DNA of 62,532 nt, the filler included, from Sphacelaria rigidula (taxonomy: Eukaryota): the NCBI GenBank assembly GCA_964200075.2. It is 11 parts of 11 records of this genome, joined end to end, with 100 filler letters (N's around TTAATTAATTAA, not from the genome) between each part and the next. Parts side by side here need not be neighbours in the genome. Positions count along the whole stretch, not along the records: positions 34,165 to 39,758 come from CAXNAA020026015.1; positions 39,859 to 45,452 come from CAXNAA020026016.1; positions 45,553 to 51,146 come from CAXNAA020026017.1; 8 more parts are not named here. One strand, written 5' to 3'. How positions within the stretch are numbered: position 1 is the first letter of the stretch; each line of letters begins with the position of its first letter. Of this stretch, positions 37,058-48,885 are shown piece by piece. Position numbers and translations under genes: made by a program. The notes below the pieces were generated by a model. The model was not told the DNA's origin. It ran no database searches and saw only the letters and a list, made by a program, of their open reading frames with translations.

Positions 37058-37475
37058 AGCCTGGATGCGTTTATGAGGTTCAACATTTGAATGGGTTTCA
37101 ACTCGAAAACAGTGGTTTCTCTGACCTAAAGTCATGACCAATGAATTTCATATGGACGACCTCACGCCCCCCGACCTCCTTGAAACTATTTTCGGGGGTT
37201 GCCCGTCTTCCGTGCCCCCAAAGTGTACATGCGAAAGCACCAATTTCGGGCTAAAAACGTCCCATTTTTCGCCCCGATATCGAGGCGAAAAGTTGTTTTC
37301 GCACATACGCTTTGGGGGCACGAAAGACGGGCAACCACCCAAAATAGTTTTAAGGAGGTCGGGGGGCATGAGGTCGTCCATATGAAATTCATTGGTCATG
37401 ACTTTAGGTCACGGAAAGCACTGTTTTCGAGTTGAAACTCATTAAACGGTTGAACCTCAAAAATTGATCCAGGCT
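37058..37475. mobile_element. Foldback MITE with about 180-bp arms; a related fragment lies at 45553-45592
   Basis: Near-perfect palindrome, which yields the mirror ORFs 37134-37385(+) and 37148-37399(-). Confidence 0.88.
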
Positions 37476-38482
37476 GTTTAATATTATTTCTAAGTTTACG
37501 GGAAAGTCAAATTTCTTGGAACACATGGTGGACTAGTAAAGGGTGTCTGCACTTTCTGCTTTGTTCACGCAAAGTAACCTGTTGCAGGAATCGAATTTTG
37601 GTGTGAGTCCCGATCCTTGTGGCTCAGGGCGTTGACGATCGCTGTTGCGAAGAAACAGAAAACAGTGCTTCCGCGTGTCTTGCACACATGCGTCATCACC
37701 TTATCGAGAAGGGTCTAGCCCACTCCGCGAATCACTTAGTGTTTAGATTTCACAAACGACCACTTGCCAAAATTCTGACTGAAACTGAAAAATGCAAAGA
37801 TGTTGTGGAAGTACGGTACGTCACTGCAGAGACCACGTTGTTTCATTTCCGTTTGTATTTTGGGCGAGTGGTCGTTCGCGAAACCTAAAAGGATCCAGAG
37901 GATTGAAAGGGGTGGGCTAGAGTCGAACTATCCGAGAGACAAGAATGAGGCGTCGGTATTTACACAAGGGTCTCCCTGGCTTACGCCGCCACGGTCAATG
38001 GAGCGAAGACCAAGATACAGAGGACTGGTAATGGTTGTATACTTTGCGTGATATGATATATATGGTGTGCACCATATACAGGGATACGGTAGGAAGAAAA
38101 CGACTAATATTGGTGTTCGGTTACACGCTTTCCGCCCGTAACAACCGATAGAAGAAGGGTACATGGGGAACACGCGCACACCGGACGACAAGCGCATCAC
38201 GCCGAACAACCATGGCGGAGAAAGTGACGCTCCAAGGGGAAGCGAAAGAAAGTATCAGTACACATTTGACAACGCTACGGTCAACTCAGTATCTACATTT
38301 GATATGGCTCGCATCGATCCAGTAGCGGACCCATTTAACCTTCCCTCAACACACCCGGAAACACTCCTCCCATGAACGGGTCATGCTACGTGGGGTGTGG
38401 GAGGGGGGTGCTTGATTTCAATAAAGAAGGGGCTTACAAGAGTGTCAGACGACCAAACACACCTGCGGTGCGCTTGTATAAA

Positions 38483-38618
38483 AATGATGTCAAGCGACAT
38501 GAATGAGCGTCATGTGGCGGTAACAACTTCGTTCGAACAACCGTTGCTGCTTTCAACGACGATTCAAGGTGGAATTTTGTGGAAGAAATCGGCCGGAGTA
38601 CCCCCCCCCCCTCCCCCC
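38483..38618. repeat. Dispersed repeat shared with about 48203-48312, each copy lying between poly-G and poly-C tracts
   Basis: CGTTCGAACAACCGYTGCYGCTTTCAACGACGATT...GTGGAA....GTGGAAGAAAT occurs in both. Confidence 0.7.
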
Positions 38619-39948
38619 AAAAAACATAATGAGCGCCGGAATGTCGGAGGTGGCTCTATTAGGAGAGTAGGAACAGTGCTCCGTCTCGAAAGGGATGCGT
38701 GGTCAATGATCAAACGACCAAGGCAAGCAACAAATTCCCTCCCCAATCGCAGCATGAACCAAACCCAGTCGCATTCGCCGGCCAATCAGCACACGGAAGC
38801 AGTGCTGACTCATGATTGTTACACTCCAATACACGGGGCAACACACAGAAGAATTGGCGACGAAATAACGACAAATATTGCAGGATCACACGGAAGCATT
38901 CCTGACCAAGCAACGACAGCTATGATCCAACACACGGAGCCGACTTCACAAACTGAAAGGGAACAAGTAAAGCACACAATTCCCGCAACCGAAGTAACGA
39001 CGAAAACTACAGCAAATACGGCCGAACTACGAAGTTACTTTGTCCTCGGTTCAGCCATCATCAGCGCACTGGTTGAAATGTCGTAGTTCCGCATGTTGAG
39101 TGTTCGGATTGATTTATTTTGTAACATCATTTTCACTGAGAAAAAAGCACCGAAAATGATGGCGATTCTACAAAAATGTACTCTAAACCCGAGAAAAACA
39201 CAACGCACCTCAAAGCCAAGTAAAGACGAAACGGTGGCCTCCAAGCTCTCGAGAGATGAAATGCTGGCCTGTCAGCAGCCCAGGAGATTTTAGTGCTACA
39301 TTCACATATAATCTCTCTATGATATAATTGGTGCTTCTCTTTGGGTGAAAACGCTCACACATGAGAATAGAACCACAACCACGAATTCAATGTCCAAACG
39401 ATGTGCCTTGACCGCAATTTCACACGTAAAATCTTACCGTAGCCACGACACTAGGCTTTGATACTTATTAGGGCATATCGGCGGCAACAAACACAACAGT
39501 AAAACTAGTCAAATAGTCCCAGAGTGTTTACGCAAACAGGTTTGACAAATAGCAGTATAGTCAAGTATCGAAAGAACAACTATAAACAACGTTTTCGTGA
39601 GATTGAGAGTAGATCTTCGATTGAGAATGGCTTTGATCATTCGCTTTAAGTGAATCATTTTTTTATTCCACGTGTGCTTTTCTTTACCTCCATCACTTGC
39701 GTGTGCTTACAGCTACACGTCGACATCCTACACAGGGATAGATATCAAGGGCCTCAGTNNNNNNNNNNNNNNNNNNNNNNNNNNNNNNNNNNNNNNNNNN
39801 NNTTAATTAATTAANNNNNNNNNNNNNNNNNNNNNNNNNNNNNNNNNNNNNNNNNNNNTTTCTTGGGCAAAAAAGGAGAAGGTATACCTTTCTAGGCCAT
39901 TGCTCTTTTGAGAAAGGGGATTATGCCCTTCGTTAAGACAGGCCCTAA

Positions 39949-40388
39949 GGCCGTGTTTTAACAAATTGTTTTCGACTCGAAAACGTACGGTGGAATCGAA
40001 TTCGCTTGTTTCCGATTCGTCCATGCTGCTTATTTTCTCAGATGGTTGAGAACATGGATGCCGTGGACGTATCAGGTACGAGCAAATTTGATTCCGCCGT
40101 ACGTATTCGAGTTGAAAACAATTTGATAAGACCTGTCCTTCCTGATTCCGCCGTACGTATTCGAGTCGAGAACAATTTGATAAGACCTGTCCTTCCAAGG
40201 ACAGGTCATATCAAATTGTTTTCGATTCGAATACGTACGGCGGAATCAAATTTGCTCGTATCTGATACGTCCACGGCATCCATGTTCTCAACCATCTAGG
40301 AAAATATATAACGTGGACGAATCAGAAATGAGCGAATTCCATTCGACTGCACGTTTTCGACTCAAAAACAATTTGATAAGACACGGCC
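39949..40388. mobile_element. PIF/Harbinger (Tourist)-like foldback MITE built as an inverted dimer
   Basis: Termini GGCCGTGT / ACACGGCC with flanks TAA and TAG; about 190-bp arms, each with its own inverted ends; about 56-bp tandem duplication at the centre. Confidence 0.85.
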
Positions 40389-41469
40389 TAGACTGGTTTC
40401 GTCGTCAAGCATGAAAGCTCATTATGGTCACCTGAAATCAACCATAGATCACATGAACCAAAAAGCATGTGTTGCTGGGTGTCTGTATCTTCAGTGATGC
40501 CTGAGCTTCGTACTACCTGCACACCTCATCTGGTATACAATATAATGGTGCAACACGCGAGCCCCCACCACGAGTATCCAGTGCGCATTGCGGTTGACGC
40601 CCACTTCTACGGAGATGTGACTGCTATTGCGGACCAGATATTGGAGGTTTGCGTACACTTCGCACACCGTCCTCGAGAGTTCGCTCACGAGGCCGCAGCG
40701 ACTGTCGGGGCGAGGCGGCGCTACACAATGGGCCGACCCCAGGGCTGGACGCTAGTGTGAAGGGTGACGCACTCGTAGAGGCGGCCGCAGCTCATGTTGA
40801 TCTGTGCTGGGAGACGTGGTGACCAAAATAGCGTCTGCCAAGAAATACCGCGATCAGGTGAGGACAAGCCTGGTGTATCTGTGGGGCACAGTGAGGTCGT
40901 GTGTGACCTGCTTATCGAGGTGTCGTCGCCATCAAACTAACTCACGCTTAGAGGTTAGACCCATTTTGGCACATGGTGCAGTAAGTAATGTTTTGCACTC
41001 TACACTTGGGTGAAGGTGGTCTCTTTGGGAAGTACCGCACTTGCTTTGTACAAGGGGGTGCTATCGCGTCAAACCGACCGCGTGTACTGTACAGTAGATG
41101 ATACTCGCGTCTGGATATACTGTAGTATATAAAAAGAAGTATATACAGTGGGGAGTAGGGTTATAATTTATTTATTTTCATACGATCTGTAAACATATTG
41201 TACTGTCTGTATATTGTAAATATACTGTACTGTACAGTACAGGGGCCGCTACCGCTCGAAGCCTCCCGGGTAGGGAGGTGCGCCATGTGGCCTATTTCAC
41301 AGGTGCTCGCGAGTGTGCGATGTGCGAAGTCGACGACCTGCTGCTATGAAAAATTAGCACGCAACACACTACACACACGCGCGGTGCCTGTAGTCACGCT
41401 CTAGTTAGGGCAGCTACGGGTGCCCCAGTTTTCATGTACGTGATGAGACTACAGACTGCACAGGAACCC

Positions 41470-42290
41470 TAGGTTATTGGTAGATTCCAGTACCCGGTAC
41501 CGGTATTTGGAACATTTCTAAGGAATCTGAATTTCACTCTTGAGACACGGAGGTTCCTACTTCTCGCGTGTAGATTCTTGTATCTACGTTCCAGTTGTGG
41601 GACTACACTCGGAGCTGAGGAGGGCTGCAGTGGTGGTGGCCGAAGATATCTCGTTGTAGATAGGTGCAGTTGCAGGAGGAAAGTAGCCAAAACTTGAGTC
41701 TTGTAGAGGTTTATATATCGTTTAGTAGCGCCTAGACTGCTTGCAGGAAACCAAAACCCAGTTGTTGTGGGGATGGTGGGAACTGAAAGGGGGTGGGGCG
41801 TGCCCAAAACTCTGCACGACCCACTCCGAATCACCACGAGAAGATGCACCGCACCTGGTCGTCACATTCTATCCGCTATGTCAACAGCTCTGCCTACTCT
41901 ATTCGTCCCCCAACCGTCCCCAAGCATCCAATCAGATAGTCCTAGCCAAAGGATATATTCCAGACTCTTGGCCCTCTCGCATCCACATCAACATGGTCTG
42001 TGCAATTCTCCTGAATCACCCTGTCTGTATCAACCTCAAACCTGTCTGTGTCAACCCTCTACAAACTTGTCAAAGACTCCCCAGTACGGTACTGCAGTCA
42101 TACTCCACTATACCTCTGATAACACCCCCTTTGACCCACATCACTGTATTTTACCAGCTATGTTTTCATCTAATGATCCACTGAAATCTGAGCTCACCAC
42201 ATCAGCCCATCCTGTGAACACAAAGTTTGGTCATAGCCGGACCTCACTTTGTGCAAACAACATAGACCGGAACGAGCTCAGTTATTAACC
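41470..42290 (-). mobile_element. Possible 3' LTR of the adjacent gypsy element
   Basis: Lies downstream of the integrase, after a G-rich tract (minus strand GCGGGTCGGGGG), and contains TATATAAA on the minus strand. No clean TG...CA ends were seen. Confidence 0.3.
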
Positions 42291-43049
42291 CCCGACCCGC
42301 TTGTTTGTACTTTCCCTGTAACTAACAAAAACACCCAACCCCGAACACCGATTGACTCCGGGTATGTCTGCCTCCAAGGAGTGGAAAATCGACGGAGATG
42401 ACGGCTCCGGCTCGATATCCAACCATGAGGAAAAAATAAAACCAGCAGATAACACTCGCCGAGAGTTCGGTATCACTGTCTAGATCCTACATGAGACAAC
42501 ACAAAACTCAAGACAAGGACAAATGAAGACATTCCGAAAACAGAAGAAATATGTCATATTGCTACGAGTTTCCAGACCTACCGCCTCCGGACACAACCGC
42601 TCGCAAGGAGTGGGGAAATCGGTAAAGCAGCGGTAGCTCCGGCTCCAAATTTCAATCCACCCAAGAGTAACGCCACGCGAAAATCACAAATGGACATGAG
42701 TCAAATTTTCTCCGAGCTCCAGCCATTACATCACTCATTCGCGTATTCCTCCTGCTCGTTCTTGCATGCAGCTTCGCGGCGCTCCAAACAGCTCTAGTCG
42801 CCGTGTTCCGGATAGCCCCCCCCTCCATGATTGCCCTTATCCCAACATCAAACTCGCACGTCCGCCACGTCTAGCTCCACCTCGATTTAATCCAGCCCTG
42901 TCACCCACATGCGCGGAATATTTGACGGTTCCGCCGCATGAGAATGTGCCCACCCCAGTTCCAGCACCAAACAAAATCCCTGCCCATTCACCAGCCATGC
43001 GCGAAATATTTAGCTGTTTTCCGCAGCATGTGAATGTGCCAACACCAGT

Positions 43050-45452
43050 CCCCCGGTTCACCGCGGCTCTCATCGAGGGCGGCCCACTTCAGATGTACCG
43101 CGTATTTGCGCCCCCAATTCATCATGCGGAGAGTGTGCGAACGCTCCCGCTGACCTGGGTTCTCCTCCAGTCCCACCACCTCGGACAACTGCTAACCTGC
43201 GGAAGCCGTTTTGAAATACACGTAAGCGCCCACAATGTCAGGGTTGTACACATCGAGCCCATCCTTCCGCCGTTCCGACACCTTATAACCCGGCGCCACG
43301 TAATATCCGCCCCGTTCATGCGCTGATATGCGCCGCGACAAGTGAATGCGGTATTTCCGGCATTGCGCATTGTCCCCTTCAACCTGCGTGGGTTCGCCCA
43401 ACCAATACTCTCAAATTACCTGCCGGCCGTACTGTTCAAGGTCAGTTTCATGCTCCCACCTAGGAACATCCAAGCCGTCCCAATACGCCAGGTATTGTAC
43501 CGCCAGCTTACCACCCAAACCCCGAGACAACCTGTGTTTCACCAATTTATCCGGCAAAATTATGTGAGTATCCAACTCCATCGTGACGTCTTCCGCCGTG
43601 ACATGCAGAGAAGGCGACCGCTCAGAATATTTGTTCATCACATATTGACTGAGCCCCCAGGGCAGAAATCTCGGTTTGTCCGGCCCCTCAAGGGGGTTGT
43701 AACACCTCTTACACCTCGCCACTGACACCCTGGAATTCGTGTTGATCCCTGGCTCGTTTCGCCGAATCTCCAACAACAGTAGATTACTGCCCACCTGTTC
43801 ACCCTCCGAGGTTACCCCCGGTCCAACCAATAAAGTTTTGTACAGCCCCGTCCAACACTGAGCCAGCTTCGCTGACACAGCCACAGACGTCCGGGCGGTA
43901 TCCGACGTCACCTGCACCGCCTTACCGCCCGAGGCGATGGTGCTTCTGTCGCCATACACAAGTATCCATTGCCCCGCTTGCCATTTTGGCCGGCGGTTTG
44001 CCATTTCCTCAATACCCTGGTTCTTGGCTTCATGTTTTGCTTTGATCAAAAAATCTTCTTGCCTCACCAACTCGTACGCTTTTACTTGCCGATCTCTCAT
44101 CAGCTGAAGATACTCCAGCTGATCGGCCTTTAAACCCTCGTGCCCCCGCACCCCCCTACCCTCCAGAATGGTCATGGGCATGCGCGGGTAGCGTCCAAAA
44201 TGTTCCTCATTTGGAGACAACCCGGTACCCCTACTGATGTTATTGTTGTGTCCTGAGATTGCATGCATTAGAGACTCATCCCAGTTACTCTGATCGTCCG
44301 CCACCAAAATGACAGCATTTGGCACAAGGTATGATTCAACCGCTCCACTATCCCATTCGCCTGGGGGTGATACGAGCATGTGAACCACTTTACTGCACCC
44401 ATCATTTCATACACCGACCTACACACCGCGGAAGTGAACTCCGCCCCCCCGATCCGACAAGAAAGTGTGCGGGCAACCCCATCGTGGCACATAGCCCCCC
44501 ACTATTATTGCCGCACACCCAGTAGCCGAGTGCTCTTCAGAGGTGATCGCGTAACCCTCCGCGTGCCTACTAAACAGGTCCACCATGAGGAAGATGTGTC
44601 TAGTACCCCTCTTTGTTTTCGGCGAAGGGCCCAGGAAATCAAAAGCTACCATTTGCCCTGGCCGACTCGGTAGTGGTAGCGAGACAAAAGGGCACCGCAC
44701 CGTGTACCGATCAGATTTCTTGGCCTGGCATGAATAACAGCGTCGAATCCAGAATTTCACACTCTCTTTCATCCCTATCCACCAATAGTACCGTTGCAGA
44801 AGAGAGAGAGTCACTTTTCCCCCCAGATGCACCGCTTCCTTGTGCGTTTGGTCCATTACCCAGGGCCTCAACAACAAGGGAACATAGGTTCTCACCGGTT
44901 CGTCTCCGAGGTATCGCTCAAAAATACCCGGTTTCCGATCCTCCGACCCCTCCGGCGCGACCATCAGCTTTTTCACCAACAGTTTACCCCCGTCCGCCAA
45001 CTCAAGCAACTCCCCTTGTTTTAACAACGCTCGGAGCTCTTTTTTGTTCATCCCGCTACCCACCGCTTTCCCCTCTCCCTTCGAGAGTGTGGTCTTCCCC
45101 AGCGAGAGATAGACGGCAGTCGTACGAGCGGTCAGATCAGTAAGTTGGATTTGCGCCCAGTCACTTGCGGACTTGGCACACAACCGCTCCCCAAAATTAC
45201 ACGCTTCCGCCGCCTCTAGAGTGAGCGCCGGCCTACCCGAACCGCCCTCTTCGGTCGACCCCGCCTCCTCATCTGAAATCACAAAACCTTCCGAGCCCGC
45301 CGTCTCGTGTAACAAATATTTACCCCCTTCAGTAACGGGGCAAGCATGCAAGCACAAGCCCGGTTCCCACTGTCCACACACCACATCGGTAACACTCGGG
45401 GAGAGAAGCCGTGAGTCATCCTTTACCACTTCCGGTCCCTTCCAGCTCAGTG
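43050..45452 (-). mobile_element. Ty3/gypsy integrase pseudogene with a C-terminal chromodomain (chromovirus-like)
   Basis: HHCC zinc finger (THKEAVHLG...YYWW.GM...CYSCQ), DDE core (AFDFLGP, MVDLFSR, SDRG/AEFTS, YHPQANGIVER) across two frameshifts, GPY-like WTGLY, and chromo-like DKLVKHR...QYLAYWDGLDVPRWEHETDL. Confidence 0.93.
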
Positions 45453-45819
45453 NNNNNNNNNNNNNNNNNNNNNNNNNNNNNNNNNNNNNNNNNNNNTTAA
45501 TTAATTAANNNNNNNNNNNNNNNNNNNNNNNNNNNNNNNNNNNNNNNNNNNNTGAATTTAGGTCAGGAAAAGCACGGCTTTCGAGTTGGACCTATTTTTT
45601 TTTCAACCCCATTTTCGAAAATCGGCTGTTAGTAGGTAACCTCACGCTGCGCGGACGCCAAGTTATTTTCATAGCTACCATCCGTGGTATAGAGTCGCTA
45701 GGACATTCCTCCTGGCGAATATTCGGGGGTGTAATTACCTAGTAAATTATCGACACACGGCCGTATTTTTATTTGCCACAACTCTATCGACACACGATCT
45801 CTTGTTGTTTTTTTGTCAC

Positions 45820-46017
45820 ACACTCTAACCCGCTCCCCTTCCTCGAGACGAGTCCGTGATTTCAAGGGATCAACCCATTTCTCTTCACGTCCTCGTACTT
45901 TCGGCGGTGGAAACAAGATACTCCGAAGGAGAAAAAAACGCATGTATCTGACGGGAATCGAACCCACGTCCTCTCCACCCTGATGGCGCGACAGTCTGAC
46001 TATGAGACCAGCAGAGC
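45820..46017 (-). mobile_element. tRNA-derived SINE
   Basis: Minus-strand B box GGGTTCGATTCCC; the 3' motif CGAGGAAGGGG..GGGTTAGAGTG is shared with the copies at about 48850 and 57838. Confidence 0.6.
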
Positions 46018-48567
46018 ACAGCGGTCACGCATGAAGCAAAAATGACAATGCGCGGCTATTTGGCCATGGTTAGGGTTAGGGTTAGCCTGACGCTAACCCA
46101 GAGTGAAAAGTTTGACGCCAGAAAAACAGCACTTAGACCTACCATGCCACCGCTGCCTTCCAGTTTCTTGTTCTTCTCGCTTACGTTATACCGAGAGGTC
46201 AGGTGTAGACTGGCGTCCAGAGTCGATGGGATGGCAGGCCACACATTTCCAGATTTATTTAAAGATGGGCACCCGGAAAATTCAGCGCTGCTGCTTGTTA
46301 CGCGTGCTCCATGCAGTTTTGGGTACGCTCGTGTTCGGTACTACACAGAGCACGGCTGCGCCGCACGTGAACATAATCATGCCCTTATGGAGGGTGATCA
46401 TGGTCATATTCGGCGCTTGCACCGCTGGCGTGACACCGTGTGATTAGATTTAGATTGTAGACATGGGCTCGACACCGTTGACAGTACGAGCGGCAACATG
46501 GAAAGCAAGAAGAAATGCATCATGCTATCCCGCTCACATTCCCGTTTTTGACGAAAAACACGGTAATACAGCAGGTAAAAAATGACCCTTTCTTTCTTGT
46601 TTCCCATCGCTGTAAACGGAACGCCCCAACTTGATCGGCCCTAATATGTATAATAAATGGAATGATCACGGCACTATTATTGACTGATAAAGTACTTCAT
46701 TGTCGCACATCATCACCTGATCCGCCATGAATCGCAGCAGCAACAGTGATGGACGCACTGTTCGAAACATACGCCCCGTGATGTATACTGAGGATCGAGT
46801 TTAGCCCTTTCCTCCTACAATTTGAAGCACATGTCACTTGTCGGCGACCTGCCGAACGTATGACCAAGAAGCATGGTTCTTACTCACACACAACACCATT
46901 CATCTATCCCTCAAGACTTCATTTGACGCGCCTATTACTGTAGTCAGCTGCACACCACTCCACTCTTTTGCAGTCAGGGTAACGTAGCCGTGGATTCGTA
47001 TCTTGGGAAAGTAGTACGCGTGTTCGAGTGTCATTTTCTATTGCAGAAGAGTGTAGTACGACTACTCTGTACGCGTGCATCATCTACTACGCACAACGGG
47101 GTCTGAGCAAACTGAAGCGTGAAGCGCCCGCAGGCAGCAGTACATCACATTGCACGGCGCGGTTAGTCTAGGTGAAGATGTCTGCACCTGCGATGCTCCG
47201 AACAGTCAACAGGGTGGCGGTAGCGCACACCCCTCAAGTCAGGTGAACGGTGCAGAAGAATATACATCTTTGTACTTAGCAACAACAAAAAACGAAACGC
47301 CCCCAGTGTGTTTCTGTGCGATGCGTGGAATTTGGTCGTCGGAACTGACTACAGTACAGGACTTCAGATGGGCTACGATGGCCTGTGGACTGGCCGAAAG
47401 CTTACGAGTAGCTATCCACGGGGCTCACTGTACATTCTGATTGTGCCGGATATCGTTGTATGGATCACACGCCATTCCTGCGTGAGTTTGCTACGGAAAA
47501 CGTCATATACCGTTAATTCCGCTTCTCCCAGGTACATCAACAGTACGGCTAGCCAGTACTCTTGTACTGTCCTACAGTACAAATTAGTCCTCGTAACAGC
47601 TCTCGGTCGTATCCCAATTTTGGAGAGAGCGGTCGCTCTGCTCGCATGAGGGTTCAAGGTCGCTCGGATTATTGAAAACATATGATTGCAGCTATTGCAC
47701 CTATTCGAAGTGCCAGATGGACTTGACGCGCGTGCTACAGAGGTTGTCGACCGACGCCTACACCTACCCCTCCCCCTCTTTCTGCACAGCATGCACTCGT
47801 GTCGGTGCATCGCAGCTGTACACAAGCTTCTATGGACGGACAAAATGGCAGTCAGCAAGTCTGTAATGGAGTTCGGTCCTTGGCGTTCAGCCTCCTGAAA
47901 TACTTTCGGGAAAGCTGGTGCCCCAGTCATGTCCCTGTGCATCAACTACTGACTGGTTTCCCGTGAATCTCGACGAAGATGGAACGTTATTGTATGAGTA
48001 CAGCCGTACGAGATCACGCGAACCCACGGATTCACAAAAAAAAAGTTCCGAATTCACCAACGAGTCATCCTACGATGAAGAAGGGATGGATGGGGGGGGG
48101 GGGGGAGGTTCCACACAAAAAAAAGGCGCACGAGTGTTTCAGACGACCCAACAAACTCGCGGTGCACTTTTATTTGAGTAGAAATGGTGTGCAGCAATAT
48201 AAATGAGCGTTTGTCATCGGTGAAAAGCGCGTTCGAACAACCGCTGCCGCTTTCAACGACGATTTGAAGTGGAACGTCGTGGAAGAAATGGCCCAAAATA
48301 CCCCCCTCCCCTATCGTGACATGACTCCAAAAGCTGGAGTTCCTCGATGCCACAGCATGCCTGTCTTGACTGTAAAAGTGCTTGGACTCGTCGCCGTTTG
48401 GAACGCAGGACTCATTGTGTCATCGATACGGACGCCCGTCATGTTTTTTTTTGCCCATGTACTACACAGTCTTTTTGTTTTCCCAACACTTCGCGCGTTT
48501 TTTTTTGTAATCTAACGGAGCAACAGAGCATGCATAAGTACAGTATGCAACCAACATGCCGCTGCGC

Positions 48568-48885
48568 CCCGGTAGTCTGATTACTCAACCGACACCGTTG
48601 GGGTGTAAAGAACGCGGGTTCGGGCCCCGCTAGACGTGTGGGAATTTTATCCGAAATATCTGATTTATATCGTCGAGAGCGTTAGGACTTGAGCAGCAAA
48701 AATAGCCTCCTTGACTGGGTTTGTTTGATGAGAAACGACGCGCGTGGGGGAGTACTGATGGTCACGATCTTATCCGCGAGACCAAAATACATGGCGTTTA
48801 GCGGGAAATGATTCTCGTAGGTTGATCTACTAAGAGCATGTCTTCATCCCGAGGAAGGGAAGGGGTTAAGAGTGTGACGGAAAAT
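48568..48885 (+). mobile_element. tRNA-derived SINE; its body is shared with about 57740-57870
   Basis: Degenerate B box GGGTTCGGGCC; ATCCGCGAGACCAAAAT and CCGAGGAAGGGWAGGGGTT occur in both copies. Confidence 0.55.

Noticed and set aside
37134..37399. Mirror-image ORF pair (MTNEFHMDDL...)
   Set aside because: It is a by-product of the DNA palindrome.
47412..47945. 177-aa minus-strand ORF, and other mid-sized ORFs such as 26717-27187, 38397-39086 and 54443-55099
   Set aside because: There are no recognisable motifs or convincing splice structure, and several overlap repeats or are antisense to real exons.
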